The notes: a model not told the origin generated them from the letters alone. Counted from the first letter of the stretch, positions 1 to 10,098 are shown. The stretch: DNA of 32,000 bases from Prochlorococcus marinus subsp. pastoris str. CCMP1986 (GCF_000011465.1 NC_005072.1:1320001-1352000); one strand, 5' to 3'. Program-made: numbers and translations.

Positions 1-2
1 CG

Positions 3-257
3 CCATGCAGCGCCAGTTTAATAATTCAGTACGGAATAAAGAATTGGCCTATTTGGGAGCGCGAACCATGTAATTTTTCTTGGATTTACAGGGAAAAAGA
101 AATTTGTTACATAATTGAAGGTGAAGCAAAAATTAAAACTGAAGCTGGAGAAAGTTACTTAATTAAATCAGGAGACTTGGTTGAATTTCCTGAAGGACTT
201 TCTTGCGAATGGAAAATAATTAAAAGTTTGAAAAAACACTTTAGATTAGGGGAATAG
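3..257 (+). CDS. Cupin-domain (DUF861/EutQ-like) protein, 5'-truncated by window edge
   Basis: Open frame from window start: ...IKNWPIWEREPCNFSWIYREKEICYIIEGEAKIKTEAGESYLIKSGDLVEFPEGLSCEWKIIKSLKKHFRLGE*, cupin barrel pattern. Confidence 0.8.
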   Translation, partial: PCSASLIIQYGIKNWPIWEREPCNFSWIYREKEICYIIEGEAKIKTEAGESYLIKSGDLVEFPEGLSCEWKIIKSLKKHFRLGE

Positions 258-345
258 ATTTAAAAAAATATTCCCATAAATTAACTAATTTTGTTCTATA
301 AGCTAATATAAATTAGTAAATTAATTGTTAAAACATAAATTTTTT

Positions 346-516
346 ATGACTTTCACGGACAATGAATATTTCGAAGTTATCCAAAAAAACGAAACTGTCA
401 AAGAAGCCTTCGAAACCATAAAACAAACATGTATTAATTTAAAAAATCAAACTAATTGCCCAGAAGAAGACATTGAGAGTTTTCTGATCTTTATTTCTAA
501 ACAATGGGATAATTAA
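346..516 (+). CDS. Small conserved-type hypothetical protein (start trimmed to ATG at 346)
   Basis: ORF track 325..516 begins at TTG; internal ATG at 346 gives MTFTDNEYFEVIQ... Confidence 0.6.
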   Translation: MTFTDNEYFEVIQKNETVKEAFETIKQTCINLKNQTNCPEEDIESFLIFISKQWDN

Positions 517-586
517 TGATTGATAAATCTTTCTAAAAGATATTGATAATTAAAATAACATTTAATATTATTCGCAATTTTAAAAC

Positions 587-703
587 TTAAATATCTTTTT
601 TAGCGCTTGTATTAATACTTGAAGTTCCTTTAGCCGCTGATACAAAGAAAACAAAACCTACTAATCCTGCAATACCAAAAATTGCAGCTAAATGGTCAAA
701 AGT
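587..703 (-). CDS. Possible tiny membrane protein, start uncertain
   Basis: Frame TFDHLAAIFGIAGLVGFVFFVSAAKGTSSINTSAKKDI*; no clear ATG. Confidence 0.3.
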   Translation of the reverse strand, partial: TFDHLAAIFGIAGLVGFVFFVSAAKGTSSINTSAKKDI

Positions 704-1008
704 AAAAAGAGAACATAAAAAACTATAAAATAAAGATAAATAATAGTTTTTGAATCCAAATTTCACAATTATTGTTAAGTAACATTTGTCACATTAATAT
801 ATCTCAAGACGTCAATATTAATTAATTAGTAGAAAATATTTAAGTAAAAAACTTATATTTAGAAATCAAATAAGGATATAATTTCCTAAGGAATTATTCT
901 CTAAACCCTTTTCGTAACTGGTATTCATTTTTTATTTTATACAATTTCATGGAGAGAAAATAGATCAATATATCCACAATTAACTTTTTTTTTGTTTAAA
1001 GTATATTT

Positions 1009-1188
1009 ATGACAGAAATCTATTCAGCAACTTCATCAATAAGTCCATTCTCAGCAATCTTATGGTGTTTTTACCCTATAGCTATATTAATTTTGGTTGA
1101 GTTGTTTCTAGGTGGAGGATTTGACGATGATAATGATGATCAAGATGGTGGAATGATGATCCCTGCATATTCAGGAGCTAAGAATTAA
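1009..1188 (+). CDS. Small membrane protein, 59 aa
   Basis: MTEIYSATSSISPFSAILWCFYPIAILILVELFLGGGFDDDNDDQDGGMMIPAYSGAKN*; one TM plus acidic tail. Confidence 0.6.
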   Translation: MTEIYSATSSISPFSAILWCFYPIAILILVELFLGGGFDDDNDDQDGGMMIPAYSGAKN

Positions 1189-1267
1189 ATTAAGCTAAGA
1201 ATTAAATTAAATTTTTAAATTTATAATTTTAAAATCTTAAAATTCAAGTTCGTTATTATAATTTAAA

Positions 1268-1387
1268 TTGACTTATTCATTAATAGTATTAGCCACTTTA
1301 ATCCTTGTATTTCTTTATTGGTTAGTAACTAAAACACTTAAAGAAGGCAAGGAGGCTCTTAAGGAGATGAGTAAAAATACTAAATAA
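1268..1387 (+). CDS. Small single-TM protein, TTG start, 39 aa
   Basis: LTYSLIVLATLILVFLYWLVTKTLKEGKEALKEMSKNTK*. Confidence 0.5.
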   Translation: MTYSLIVLATLILVFLYWLVTKTLKEGKEALKEMSKNTK

Positions 1388-1540
1388 CCATTTTTATTCC
1401 CCTTTATTCATAATGTAAATTTTATAAATTAGAAGAAACAAAACTACAATTATGTTTAAAATTTATTTTAAGTTAAATAGAAATTACCTATTAATTTAGA
1501 TTAATTTTTTATTTTGACAAATTTCTGACGAAAACTCAAG

Positions 1541-1639
1541 ATGCATCTTAATTCTCTACTTTATATTTTTTCTATTTCTTTATTTATTTATGTCATGGCT
1601 TTATTTTGGAGAGATCTTCCAAATCAAAAAAAGAAGTAA
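1541..1639 (+). CDS. Small single-TM protein, 32 aa
   Basis: MHLNSLLYIFSISLFIYVMALFWRDLPNQKKK*. Confidence 0.45.
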   Translation: MHLNSLLYIFSISLFIYVMALFWRDLPNQKKK

Positions 1640-1720
1640 AAGATAATTATTATTAATTTTGTTGCCTATTCAAATAAATTTAGTTATTAATTTAATGATG
1701 TTTCTATTAATTTTATATAT

Positions 1721-1885
1721 ATGCAAATTGAATCTTCAAATAATTCAAAAGATGATGCCTTTCCACAGTCATTGAAAATTGAAAAAGAAAATATTATTTG
1801 TAAAGACGGCTTTTGTACATTACCAATTCAAAATCAAAATCAAAACATAATTAAAAACAACGTGAATTTATTCGATCCTATTTAA
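1721..1885 (+). CDS. Small hypothetical protein, 54 aa
   Basis: MQIESSNNSKDDAFPQSLKIEKENIICKDGFCTLPIQNQNQNIIKNNVNLFDPI*. Confidence 0.5.
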   Translation: MQIESSNNSKDDAFPQSLKIEKENIICKDGFCTLPIQNQNQNIIKNNVNLFDPI

Positions 1886-1971
1886 AATAAAGGAATACAT
1901 TAATTAATTCTCTTAAGCGAATACTCTTTGAATAGTAATGTTTATTTAATAAATGATTAAATTTAGAGCTT

Positions 1972-2307
1972 ATGTATAATAATTTTTTGAATGCCTATCA
2001 AGAATTTTGGCTTAAAGCTACAAACTTTAATAGCAAAACAACAAGATCTGATTGGTGGCGAGTTCAATTAGTAAACATTATTATCTCTATTTTTACTATT
2101 CCAATATTTCTAAGAACATTTGGTTTTAATATTTATGGATTAGTTTGTATAGTCCCTCAGATAGCTATTGATGTTCGAAGGTTAAGAGACTTTGGAAAGA
2201 ACTGGGAGTGGATATTTATAAATTTGATACCAGTGTTTGGCTGGATAGTATGGTTTATATGGCTTGGTTTTGGTAAATCTGGAAATGGGAAGTCAAAATT
2301 TATTTAA
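1972..2307 (+). CDS. DUF805 family membrane protein
   Basis: FWLKATNFNSKTTRSDWWRVQLVN... and RLRDFGKNWEWIFINLIPVFGWIVWFIWLGFGKSGNGKSKF, typical DUF805. Confidence 0.85.
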   Translation: MYNNFLNAYQEFWLKATNFNSKTTRSDWWRVQLVNIIISIFTIPIFLRTFGFNIYGLVCIVPQIAIDVRRLRDFGKNWEWIFINLIPVFGWIVWFIWLGFGKSGNGKSKFI

Positions 2308-2550
2308 ATTTTGACTATCAACCTAGAGAGTCTAAATCCCTCCTGTAATGAACTAAATTTTCCTTATTGTTCAAACTAGTTTCTTTAAAGTTTTTATTCA
2401 AATTCTTTTTAAAATTAAAAACGGAGAAGGAGCTAATTAAGTTTTTCATAACGTCTATTGATTACTTACAACCTAATAAAAAGATGGTCTCCATTGAGCA
2501 TAATTTTAATGGCTTAACCGAACAATGAAGTTCATTAACCCGTACTAAAA

Positions 2551-2582
2551 AAAGAAAGCGTTTAAAAAAGCTTTCTTTTATT
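2551..2582 (+). terminator. Rho-independent terminator-like hairpin
   Basis: AAAGAAAGC gtttaaaaaa GCTTTCTTT TATT. Confidence 0.6.
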
Positions 2583-2609
2583 AACTTATTTTCTTATTTT
2601 CTTATTTTT

Positions 2610-2954
2610 TTATTTTTTTATTATTTTATTTTTTTTAAAATCTACAAAAGTTACTTTATTTTTAAACTCTAATTGTTTTTTTAGAATTCTGAATACATGC
2701 CATTCACATTCAGATAACTTTTGAAATTGATCAAGTGTATCTTTATCTTCTTCATCAAATTTATCAAAAATATCGGATATACCCAAACTATTAATTGCAA
2801 CAAAATTCTCTGCCACATCTTCAGGGTTTTGACCTTTGGCAAAGTCTTTAAAAGCCTCATAAGAATTTAGTTTTCTAGTCAACCAATTAAACCATAATTC
2901 AGATGTATTTTTATTCTCTTCTTTAACAATTTTCTTCATTAACAATATATTCAC
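2610..2954 (-). CDS. Hypothetical protein
   Basis: 114 aa ORF from track. Confidence 0.7.
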   Translation of the reverse strand: MNILLMKKIVKEENKNTSELWFNWLTRKLNSYEAFKDFAKGQNPEDVAENFVAINSLGISDIFDKFDEEDKDTLDQFQKLSECEWHVFRILKKQLEFKNKVTFVDFKKNKIIKK

Positions 2955-3169
2955 TACATTAATGATTATTGGTCATTATCTATTTGGCACCTGTACAATT
3001 ACTCATATTTATATTTGGAAGGATTATTAATAAACTAGTTTAGAAAATTTGTTTATTTAATTGGATAAGAATTTTTTATTAATAGCAAAAACTAGATAAA
3101 TAAAATATTAGGTATTTATCTTATATTATTTAAATCAAAAAAAAGCTAAGATAAAAGTTTATATAGCAA

Positions 3170-3391
3170 ATGTCTTCAGTACCTTTTTACGATTTCCCAT
3201 CATCACCTTTATTAATAATTGGAGCACTTGGTATTGTTGTAGCGTTAGCAGTATTTTTTCTAGCTTATCAAAAATACTTTAATTCACCTTTTAATAAAGA
3301 ACTCCAAAAAAAGAAAAAATCTTTATTAAAAGAAAAGCAAGAATTAAATGAAAGATTGCAAAAAATAGAGCAAGATTTAAAAAATTTATAA
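3170..3391 (+). CDS. Small membrane protein with C-terminal coiled coil
   Basis: MSSVPFYDFPSSPLLIIGALGIVVALAVFFLAYQKYF... then charged KELQKKKKSLLKEKQELNERLQKIEQDLKNL. Confidence 0.7.
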   Translation: MSSVPFYDFPSSPLLIIGALGIVVALAVFFLAYQKYFNSPFNKELQKKKKSLLKEKQELNERLQKIEQDLKNL

Positions 3392-3530
3392 AATTAAGTA
3401 AGAAATTTAGAAACCACTTTTAGGGATAAATAGTCTCGAAATTAGAAAAATAGTAAAAATAACAATAGTAATAAGGTTTGGGATTCAAGATTTTTAGTTT
3501 TTAATGTAAAAAAATGGCTTATAAAAAGTT

Positions 3531-3686
3531 ATGGATAAACAACATCTTATAGATTTAATCTCAAACAGTTTGATTTGCGAAAGTCAAAATCTCAAATCGA
3601 GAGAGAGTTCTACTGAGATAATAAATTATTTAAATAAACTAAATTTGGATCAATTAAGAACAATGTCTAAAGAATTTATTCTCTAG
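3531..3686 (+). CDS. Small hypothetical protein, 51 aa
   Basis: MDKQHLIDLISNSLICESQNLKSRESSTEIINYLNKLNLDQLRTMSKEFIL*. Confidence 0.45.
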   Translation: MDKQHLIDLISNSLICESQNLKSRESSTEIINYLNKLNLDQLRTMSKEFIL

Positions 3687-3840
3687 ATTTCAAGACAAAT
3701 AAAAATAAACAGTTTAACTAGAATTCAAATCTAAAATCAAAAATAATTGATATACAATAACCCATATAAGAAGCCTTTAAATTTCATATATATTTTAATA
3801 TGGTTGGATATCGCATCTTTTACTAAATAATTTTTAAACT

Positions 3841-4119
3841 ATGACTATTTTTATTGGAAATTTATCCTGGAAAACTGAAGAAGAAGACCTTAAAGACCTT
3901 TTCAAGACTTATGGTGCAGTAAGAAATTGTACAATTCCTTTGGAGAGGGATTCAGGGAGAAAAAGAGGTTTTGGCTTTGTTGAAATGACTAGCGAAAGCT
4001 CCGAGAAAACTGCGATTGATGATTTACAAGATGTCGAGTGGATGGGTAGAGAAATTAGAGTTAACAAGGCGGAGCAAAAAGATCGCTCCAGAAGAAATAG
4101 TAGACATCATGGCAGTTAA
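3841..4119 (+). CDS. RRM-domain RNA-binding protein (cyanobacterial Rbp type)
   Basis: RNP2 IFIGNLSW and RNP1 RKRGFGFVEM. Confidence 0.93.
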   Translation: MTIFIGNLSWKTEEEDLKDLFKTYGAVRNCTIPLERDSGRKRGFGFVEMTSESSEKTAIDDLQDVEWMGREIRVNKAEQKDRSRRNSRHHGS

Positions 4120-4266
4120 AATAATATTCAAGCAATTCTTTAGTTTTTAAATTCTTAAATACTTATGTTGAAAATAAAGTTCTAAAAACTATATAAATAA
4201 AAATCCTTTTGTATTTTTGTGCAGACTAATAGATCATAATAAAAGTAGAAATAAAACAAAATTATT

Positions 4267-5262
4267 TTGGAAAAAGTTTTAGTTACTGGTGCATCTGGGT
4301 TTATTGCTATTCACTGCATACATGAGCTAATAAAAGCAGGTTATCTTGTCAAAGGATCTCTAAGAAATATGAATAGAGAAGATGAAGTAAGAAAATCTCT
4401 TGATAAAGATTCAGATAATCATAAGCTGGAATTTTGTAAACTTGACCTTCTAGATAATGAGGGATGGGATGAGGCAGCCTCTGATTGTGATTATCTTCTT
4501 CATGTTGCATCTCCTTTTACTATCGAAGAGCCAAAAAAGGAATCTATTCTTATTAAGCCCGCAGTAGAGGGAACTTTAAGAGCGTTGAATGCTTCAAAAA
4601 ATTCCTCTAAAGTCAAGAAAGTTGTCCTAACTTCTTCGATGGCTGCAATTGCATATGGGCATGACAAGCAGTTATGCTCGCCTGAAGACTGGACAGATAC
4701 AACAAAAAACGTTGGTGCATATGTAAAAAGTAAAACAATTGCAGAAAAAGCTGCATGGGATTTTATTCATAATGACACTGAACACTCTTTTTCAATGACA
4801 ACTATTCATCCTGGAATGGTTTTTGGTCCACTGCTAAGTGATGATAATGATGGTGCTTCGGCAGAACTTATTTCAAAAATGATTAATGGTAAATTTCCAG
4901 CACTACCAGATGCATATTTTACTGTCGTAGATGTAAGAGATGTCGCCAAGTTACATGTCGAATCTCTTAGAAAAAACCAAAGTGATAATAAAAGAATTAT
5001 TGCGACTTCTCCTCAAGGGATCAATATTATGGAAATTTCTAATATTTTAAGAAAAAATGGCTACAAGAAAGCACCTCAAAACTTTATCCCTACAAAAATG
5101 ATAAATTCTCTAGCACCATTTAATAAAGAGATGAAAAGTATGGCTGCCATGGTTAATAGAGGATCTTATGGCGCTGATATTACGGAAACTATTTCTATAT
5201 ATAATTGGGAACCTATTTCATTAGAAAAAACTTTAATAGATATGGGTAATTCTATAAAATAA
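4267..5262 (+). CDS. NAD(P)-dependent epimerase/dehydratase, dihydroflavonol-4-reductase-like
   Basis: N-terminal VTGASGFIAIHCI Rossmann motif, YxxxK-like YVKSKTIAEKAAW. Confidence 0.9.
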   Translation: MEKVLVTGASGFIAIHCIHELIKAGYLVKGSLRNMNREDEVRKSLDKDSDNHKLEFCKLDLLDNEGWDEAASDCDYLLHVASPFTIEEPKKESILIKPAVEGTLRALNASKNSSKVKKVVLTSSMAAIAYGHDKQLCSPEDWTDTTKNVGAYVKSKTIAEKAAWDFIHNDTEHSFSMTTIHPGMVFGPLLSDDNDGASAELISKMINGKFPALPDAYFTVVDVRDVAKLHVESLRKNQSDNKRIIATSPQGINIMEISNILRKNGYKKAPQNFIPTKMINSLAPFNKEMKSMAAMVNRGSYGADITETISIYNWEPISLEKTLIDMGNSIK

Positions 5263-5387
5263 ATTCCAATCAAATGAATCAATAACGAAGTATTGGCTAT
5301 AGTTTTCATATATTGGCAAATTGAAAACTTTGCCACGATAAATAATAACTAAGCTATGCTAATCAAAGAGGATATAGAAAAGTTTAT

Positions 5388-6494
5388 ATGAATGTAATCA
5401 AGAGGTCAGATTTTATATTAAAGCCATTTCTTAAAAGAAATAATTTCAAAGCTTTTTATCAGTTAATAACTACTCTTATACCGATAATTTCTCTTTGGTT
5501 TATTGTCTCTAAAATTGTATACTCTCCTCTTTTACAAATTACAAAAGGGTTTTTACTTATTCCCATTCTTTTTTTTCTTACCCTATTATCTTCTAGAACA
5601 TTCTCATTAATGCACGATTGCGGTCATAATTCCTTATTTGAAAAACGTTCTTTGAATAACTTCTTTGGCTTTTGTCTGGGTTTATTAAATGGGATACCTC
5701 ATAAACCTTGGGCTAATGACCATGCATTCCACCATAGGAATAATGGGAATTGGGAAATTTACAAAGGTCCTGTAGATGTTTTAAGCCTAAAAGATTATGA
5801 GGCTCTTAATAAAAGAGAAAAACTTATTTATAAGGTAAGTAGACATTGGTTAATGCTTTTTCCTGGTGGTTTCTTTTATTTAGTTATTAAAGCTAGATTA
5901 GGTTTAATTCTAATTATTATTAATTTTATAAAATCGTTAATGCAAGAAACTTTTATTAAATTAAAAAAAAGAAATTATTTAGGACTTTTAAATATTCAAT
6001 CGAGAATTAAGCCGCCTTTCTCTGACTATGGAGATAATTTTGATGAATTATTTGATCTAATAGCAAACAATATTATTGTGATAAGTGGATGGATAATTAT
6101 GTGTAAATGGTTAGGAGCTGCTTTTTTCTTAACTTTTTATTCTCTAATATTAACTTTTTCAGCAGCAATTTTCATATGCATCTTTTTTATACAACATAAC
6201 TATGAAAATGCATATGCAAGTAATACAAAAAATTGGGATATTGTCGAAGGTGCTATTTCTGGCAGTAGCAATTTAGATATCCCAAATTGGTTAAACTGGT
6301 TTTTAGCTGATATTTCGTTCCATAGCATTCATCATCTATCCGAAAGAATTCCTAATTACAATTTAAGAGCTTGTCATAAAGCAAATTTACATTTACTGCA
6401 AAAATCAAAAGTTCTCAAATTAAGTGATTTCCCAAATTGTTTTAGATATATTATTTGGGACAGCAAGAACGAAAATCTAATTCCAATTAATTAA
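5388..6494 (+). CDS. Fatty acid desaturase family protein
   Basis: Histidine boxes HDCGHNS, HAFHH, HSIHH with multiple TM segments. Confidence 0.88.
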   Translation: MNVIKRSDFILKPFLKRNNFKAFYQLITTLIPIISLWFIVSKIVYSPLLQITKGFLLIPILFFLTLLSSRTFSLMHDCGHNSLFEKRSLNNFFGFCLGLLNGIPHKPWANDHAFHHRNNGNWEIYKGPVDVLSLKDYEALNKREKLIYKVSRHWLMLFPGGFFYLVIKARLGLILIIINFIKSLMQETFIKLKKRNYLGLLNIQSRIKPPFSDYGDNFDELFDLIANNIIVISGWIIMCKWLGAAFFLTFYSLILTFSAAIFICIFFIQHNYENAYASNTKNWDIVEGAISGSSNLDIPNWLNWFLADISFHSIHHLSERIPNYNLRACHKANLHLLQKSKVLKLSDFPNCFRYIIWDSKNENLIPIN

Positions 6495-6497
6495 ATA

Positions 6498-6650
6498 CTA
6501 GCTGAGTCTTCTTCGCATTTTCCTTTTTAGAGGAATGCTACTATAAGCGTGAGCTCCAATAGATGGGGGTAAATCATTTTTAACAGGATGAATAAAAGCA
6601 TTTGCCATGCTTTCTAACATTTTAGAAAGCCAACTAATAATTGATCTCAT
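6498..6650 (-). CDS. Small hypothetical protein, 50 aa
   Basis: Trimmed from track ORF; MRSIISWLSKMLESMANAFIHPVKNDLPPSIGAHAYSSIPLKRKMRRRLS*. Confidence 0.5.
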   Translation of the reverse strand: MRSIISWLSKMLESMANAFIHPVKNDLPPSIGAHAYSSIPLKRKMRRRLS

Positions 6651-6777
6651 TTGAAAATCTAAAAAGTACATTATTATCATCTAACGAAATTTTTAAAAAG
6701 TAAATCAGTCTTTATGCTGATTTACTTTTTAATATCATTAGAAGGAATATAAAATCAGTAAGTAGAAAATAACCTTT

Positions 6778-6984
6778 ATGAATAATAAAAAATGGCAACC
6801 TACAAATTATCAAAAAGATCGATTAATTTCTTGCACTAAAAAATACATACATCAAAAATTAAATGATCTTCACAAAGAACTTGAATGTCCTAAGGAATTT
6901 ATTTTTGATTTCATTAAAGATATCCAACAAGATTGGGACCCAGATAGCTATAAATCTAAATCAGAGAAGTTACTAAAAAATTAA
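6778..6984 (+). CDS. Small hypothetical protein
   Basis: 68 aa ORF MNNKKWQPTNYQKDRLISC... Confidence 0.65.
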   Translation: MNNKKWQPTNYQKDRLISCTKKYIHQKLNDLHKELECPKEFIFDFIKDIQQDWDPDSYKSKSEKLLKN

Positions 6985-7193
6985 CCTAAAAGTAAAAATT
7001 TAAATTATTAAGATTAAGTTTTTAAGTATTTAATAGACCCAATAAAACAAGGTGGGGAATAAGATTTTACCTTTTTATAAAATTAAAACTTAAGACTAGT
7101 AACTAATACTTATTTATCCAATTTTTCTTAACAAAGCAAAAATTATTTTTTAAAGTCATGCTATATCTCATTCCAAATTAAGGGACAAAAATT

Positions 7194-7352
7194 ATGGATG
7201 AGTTAATTTTTTCTTCGAATCTAATAACAGCAAAAGATACCATAGATTCATATTTTGAATGCATTAGTGAATGCAGCATTGTTGATGGACATCAAGAATG
7301 TGTTACTAGATGTGTAGAAATTCATCTTAAGGGAGGCAATAAAAATGAATAA
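7194..7352 (+). CDS. 52 aa protein with twin CX3C motif
   Basis: MDELIFSSNLITAKDTIDSYFECISECSIVDGHQECVTRCVEIHLKGGNKNE*. Confidence 0.7.
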   Translation: MDELIFSSNLITAKDTIDSYFECISECSIVDGHQECVTRCVEIHLKGGNKNE

Positions 7353-7494
7353 AAGACATTCTCTTCAAAGAAAAACAACTCTAAAGTGGAACTCTAATGG
7401 AGATCTTTCTGAAATTGATATGCTGAGAATTTTGGATAGAATTTCTGCCTATGAACTGAATCAATGTGAATTGACATGCGATTTAGATGAATAG
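7345..7494 (+). CDS. 49 aa protein overlapping the previous ORF stop (ATGAATAA)
   Basis: MNKRHSLQRKTTLKWNSNGDLSEIDMLRILDRISAYELNQCELTCDLDE*. Confidence 0.65.
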   Translation: MNKRHSLQRKTTLKWNSNGDLSEIDMLRILDRISAYELNQCELTCDLDE

Positions 7495-7593
7495 GTAAAT
7501 AGCTACAGGAAAAACTATATTTAATATTTTTTTAAATAACTATTAGTAAAAAGATCCATTCTCTATATAAAAAACATATTTATTCTTGAATCC

Positions 7594-8478
7594 ATGATTA
7601 ACAATATTAATGACTTCAAAAAGCTCAATAATAATGATAAAAGAGAAAAAAATCTAAATTTAATTCTTGATTCGAATTCCTACAAACTTGCACAGGAAGA
7701 TCTTAATTTGCTTAGAAGTGACGAAATGAGAGGTGTAAGAATGCTGCTGGAAATAACTAAGCCTGAATTAGTACTAGAAGAACAAAATATCATCTCAACT
7801 ATTATCGTTTTTGGAGGTGCAAAAATTGTCGAAGAATCATCATCTCAGAGCAAAATCGAAGAAGTAAAAAACTTATTAGAAAAATGTCCTCAATCTATTA
7901 AATTAAAAAATAAATATAACAAGTTAAAAAATTTACTCTCTATGAGTCATTACTATGAATCCGCAAGAGAATTTTCAAAACTCGCTTCAATAAATAATCA
8001 AGATGATAAATGCAATTCTCATGTAATAGTGACAGGAGGTGGACCAGGAATTATGGAGGCGGCTAATAGAGGCGCTTTTGAAGCAGACTGTAAGTCTATT
8101 GGTTTAAACATACAGTTACCGAATGAACAATTCCCAAATTCTTTTATAACTCCTGGACTTTGTTTTAAATTTAATTATTTTGCATTACGCAAAATTCATT
8201 TTGTAATGCGCTCTGTTGCTGCTGTTTTTTTTCCTGGAGGATTTGGGACATTAGACGAATTATTTGAATTATTAACTCTTAGACAAACAGGAATGAAAAG
8301 TGAAATTCCAATAATTTTATTTGGTAGGAAATATTGGAATAATTTAATTAATTTTGACTTCCTTGCTGATTTCGGGCTTATTAGCGAAGAAGATTTAAAG
8401 ATTTTTAAATATGCTGATACAGCATCAGAAGCATGGGAAATAATTGACTCTAATAAATTATCAAAAAACAAATTTTAA
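7594..8478 (+). CDS. TIGR00730/LOG family Rossmann-fold protein (lysine decarboxylase-like)
   Basis: VTGGGPGIMEAANRGA and PGGFGTLDELFELLTLRQTG motifs. Confidence 0.92.
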   Translation: MINNINDFKKLNNNDKREKNLNLILDSNSYKLAQEDLNLLRSDEMRGVRMLLEITKPELVLEEQNIISTIIVFGGAKIVEESSSQSKIEEVKNLLEKCPQSIKLKNKYNKLKNLLSMSHYYESAREFSKLASINNQDDKCNSHVIVTGGGPGIMEAANRGAFEADCKSIGLNIQLPNEQFPNSFITPGLCFKFNYFALRKIHFVMRSVAAVFFPGGFGTLDELFELLTLRQTGMKSEIPIILFGRKYWNNLINFDFLADFGLISEEDLKIFKYADTASEAWEIIDSNKLSKNKF

Positions 8479-8781
8479 ATTTTATTTTTTGTTTTATGAA
8501 ACTTAAGATCTTTAATTTAGTTACAAAAGTAACTTAAACCTTTATAGGTTAATTTTTCAAATTTAATATTAATTACTTTGCAATAAACAAATGAGTTCCG
8601 TTTAAATACATGTAAACCATAATGCAGTCTCCTAAAAATGCTCAAGCCACTTCCTTTGACTAGAGTAATGATGTGGTGAACTAAAGCATATCGGACGTTT
8701 TGGTCCCTTAACATACACTGTATTAAAAGTATTTATACTTATCCCTGTCAAGCTTTACTTACCTGTTTTTGAAAATTTAGG

Positions 8782-8928
8782 TTATTTAATTTCCTTTTTA
8801 GATTTAGTTTTATCATATAATTTGCTGTAAATTTCTTGCCTTGTCACTTGTATAGGTTCTACTTTTCCTGCATCACCATGAGTTGGGCAGTAGTAAGTCA
8901 TTAACATCCATTTTTTATCTTGATTCAT
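8782..8928 (-). CDS. Small hypothetical protein, 48 aa
   Basis: MNQDKKWMLMTYYCPTHGDAGKVEPIQVTRQEIYSKLYDKTKSKKEIK*. Confidence 0.6.
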   Translation of the reverse strand: MNQDKKWMLMTYYCPTHGDAGKVEPIQVTRQEIYSKLYDKTKSKKEIK

Positions 8929-9123
8929 AAAAATAATTCCTCAATTAAAATTTTACTAGGTGTTATTTAGGATATAAATCTAAAGAACTTCTCATATTTA
9001 ATCTTTTTTTCGCTTTTCCTTAACAATATAAAAAGTTGTAAAGATATAGCCTTATTAGATATATATACGCATGACTAAAAAAATAAATACTGCTATTAGT
9101 AAGAGAAATTTGAAAATAAATTA

Positions 9124-9255
9124 ATGTCTCTAGAATCTATACTCATGGTTGTTGCTCCAATATGTGTTTTTACTGTCGGAGTTATTATTTTGCCAATATT
9201 AGTAAAGCCACGTAAGCAATCATTGCCCCCTAAAAGATACGTTCGTGGCTTATAA
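9124..9255 (+). CDS. Small single-TM protein, 43 aa
   Basis: MSLESILMVVAPICVFTVGVIILPILVKPRKQSLPPKRYVRGL*. Confidence 0.6.
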   Translation: MSLESILMVVAPICVFTVGVIILPILVKPRKQSLPPKRYVRGL

Positions 9256-9367
9256 AATTAATCCAAGTTTCTAAAATATTATTGTTGAAAGACAAAAAGT
9301 AATTAAATACCGAAATAAAAAAAAGACTATATTAAATAAAGATTATATCTAAAATATTTCAACAAAG

Positions 9368-10045
9368 ATGGAATTCCCAGAAGCAATTCTTTTTGATTTA
9401 GATGGTGTTCTATTAGATACAGAACCATTACTAGCTAATGCCTGGAGTGAAACCGCAAAAGAATATAATCACTCTTTATCAATCGATAAATTATTAGAAT
9501 TAAAAGGAAGAAGGAGAATAGATTGTGCAAAAAAAGTCCTTAACTGGATAAATAAAGAAAGCTCATTAGAAGAATTACTCATTATTCAAAAATTAAAAGT
9601 AGATAAAGTACTCACTAAAGCAAAACCTTTTAAAGGTGCAATAGAATTAATCAATTTTTGTATAAATACAAATTTACCTATTGCTTTAGTAACAAGTAGT
9701 AGTAGTGAAAGTTTTAAAATCAAAAGCTCTGTAAATCCCTGGCTAAATTTATTCAAGACAAAGGTTCTTGGAGATGATAAGTTCATTTCTAATGGCAAGC
9801 CTTCACCTGATCCCTATTTGAGAGCTTTAAAAATATTGGATGTAGATCCAAGGAAATCTTGGGTTATAGAAGACTCATATGCAGGATCTATCTCAGGACT
9901 AAAAGCGGAATGTAATTTAATGTTTTTTTCCAAAGATAATGAGATACTAAATAAATTAATAAATGAATTTAACCAAGAAAAGATTCAAAAAGTTAATGAG
10001 TTATCAGAAATTATTTATTATTTAAAGTTATATAAAGGATTTTAA
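9368..10045 (+). CDS. HAD-superfamily hydrolase, beta-phosphoglucomutase-like
   Basis: FDLDGVLLDTEP, VTSSSSESFK, KPSPDPYLRALKIL, VIEDSYAG. Confidence 0.93.
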   Translation: MEFPEAILFDLDGVLLDTEPLLANAWSETAKEYNHSLSIDKLLELKGRRRIDCAKKVLNWINKESSLEELLIIQKLKVDKVLTKAKPFKGAIELINFCINTNLPIALVTSSSSESFKIKSSVNPWLNLFKTKVLGDDKFISNGKPSPDPYLRALKILDVDPRKSWVIEDSYAGSISGLKAECNLMFFSKDNEILNKLINEFNQEKIQKVNELSEIIYYLKLYKGF

Positions 10046-10098
10046 ATCAATCAAATAAATTTCCAATAAAATTCAAAACCCAAACACTAATATTTAAT

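Noticed and set aside
8196-8471. 91 aa minus-strand ORF
   Set aside because: Fully antisense to the well-supported LOG/TIGR00730 gene and low-complexity composition
8517-8714. 65 aa minus-strand ORF
   Set aside because: No recognisable motif and atypical composition; region looks more like noncoding/RNA, kept only as a candidate region
9586-9798. 70 aa minus-strand ORF
   Set aside because: Antisense to the HAD hydrolase with no independent support
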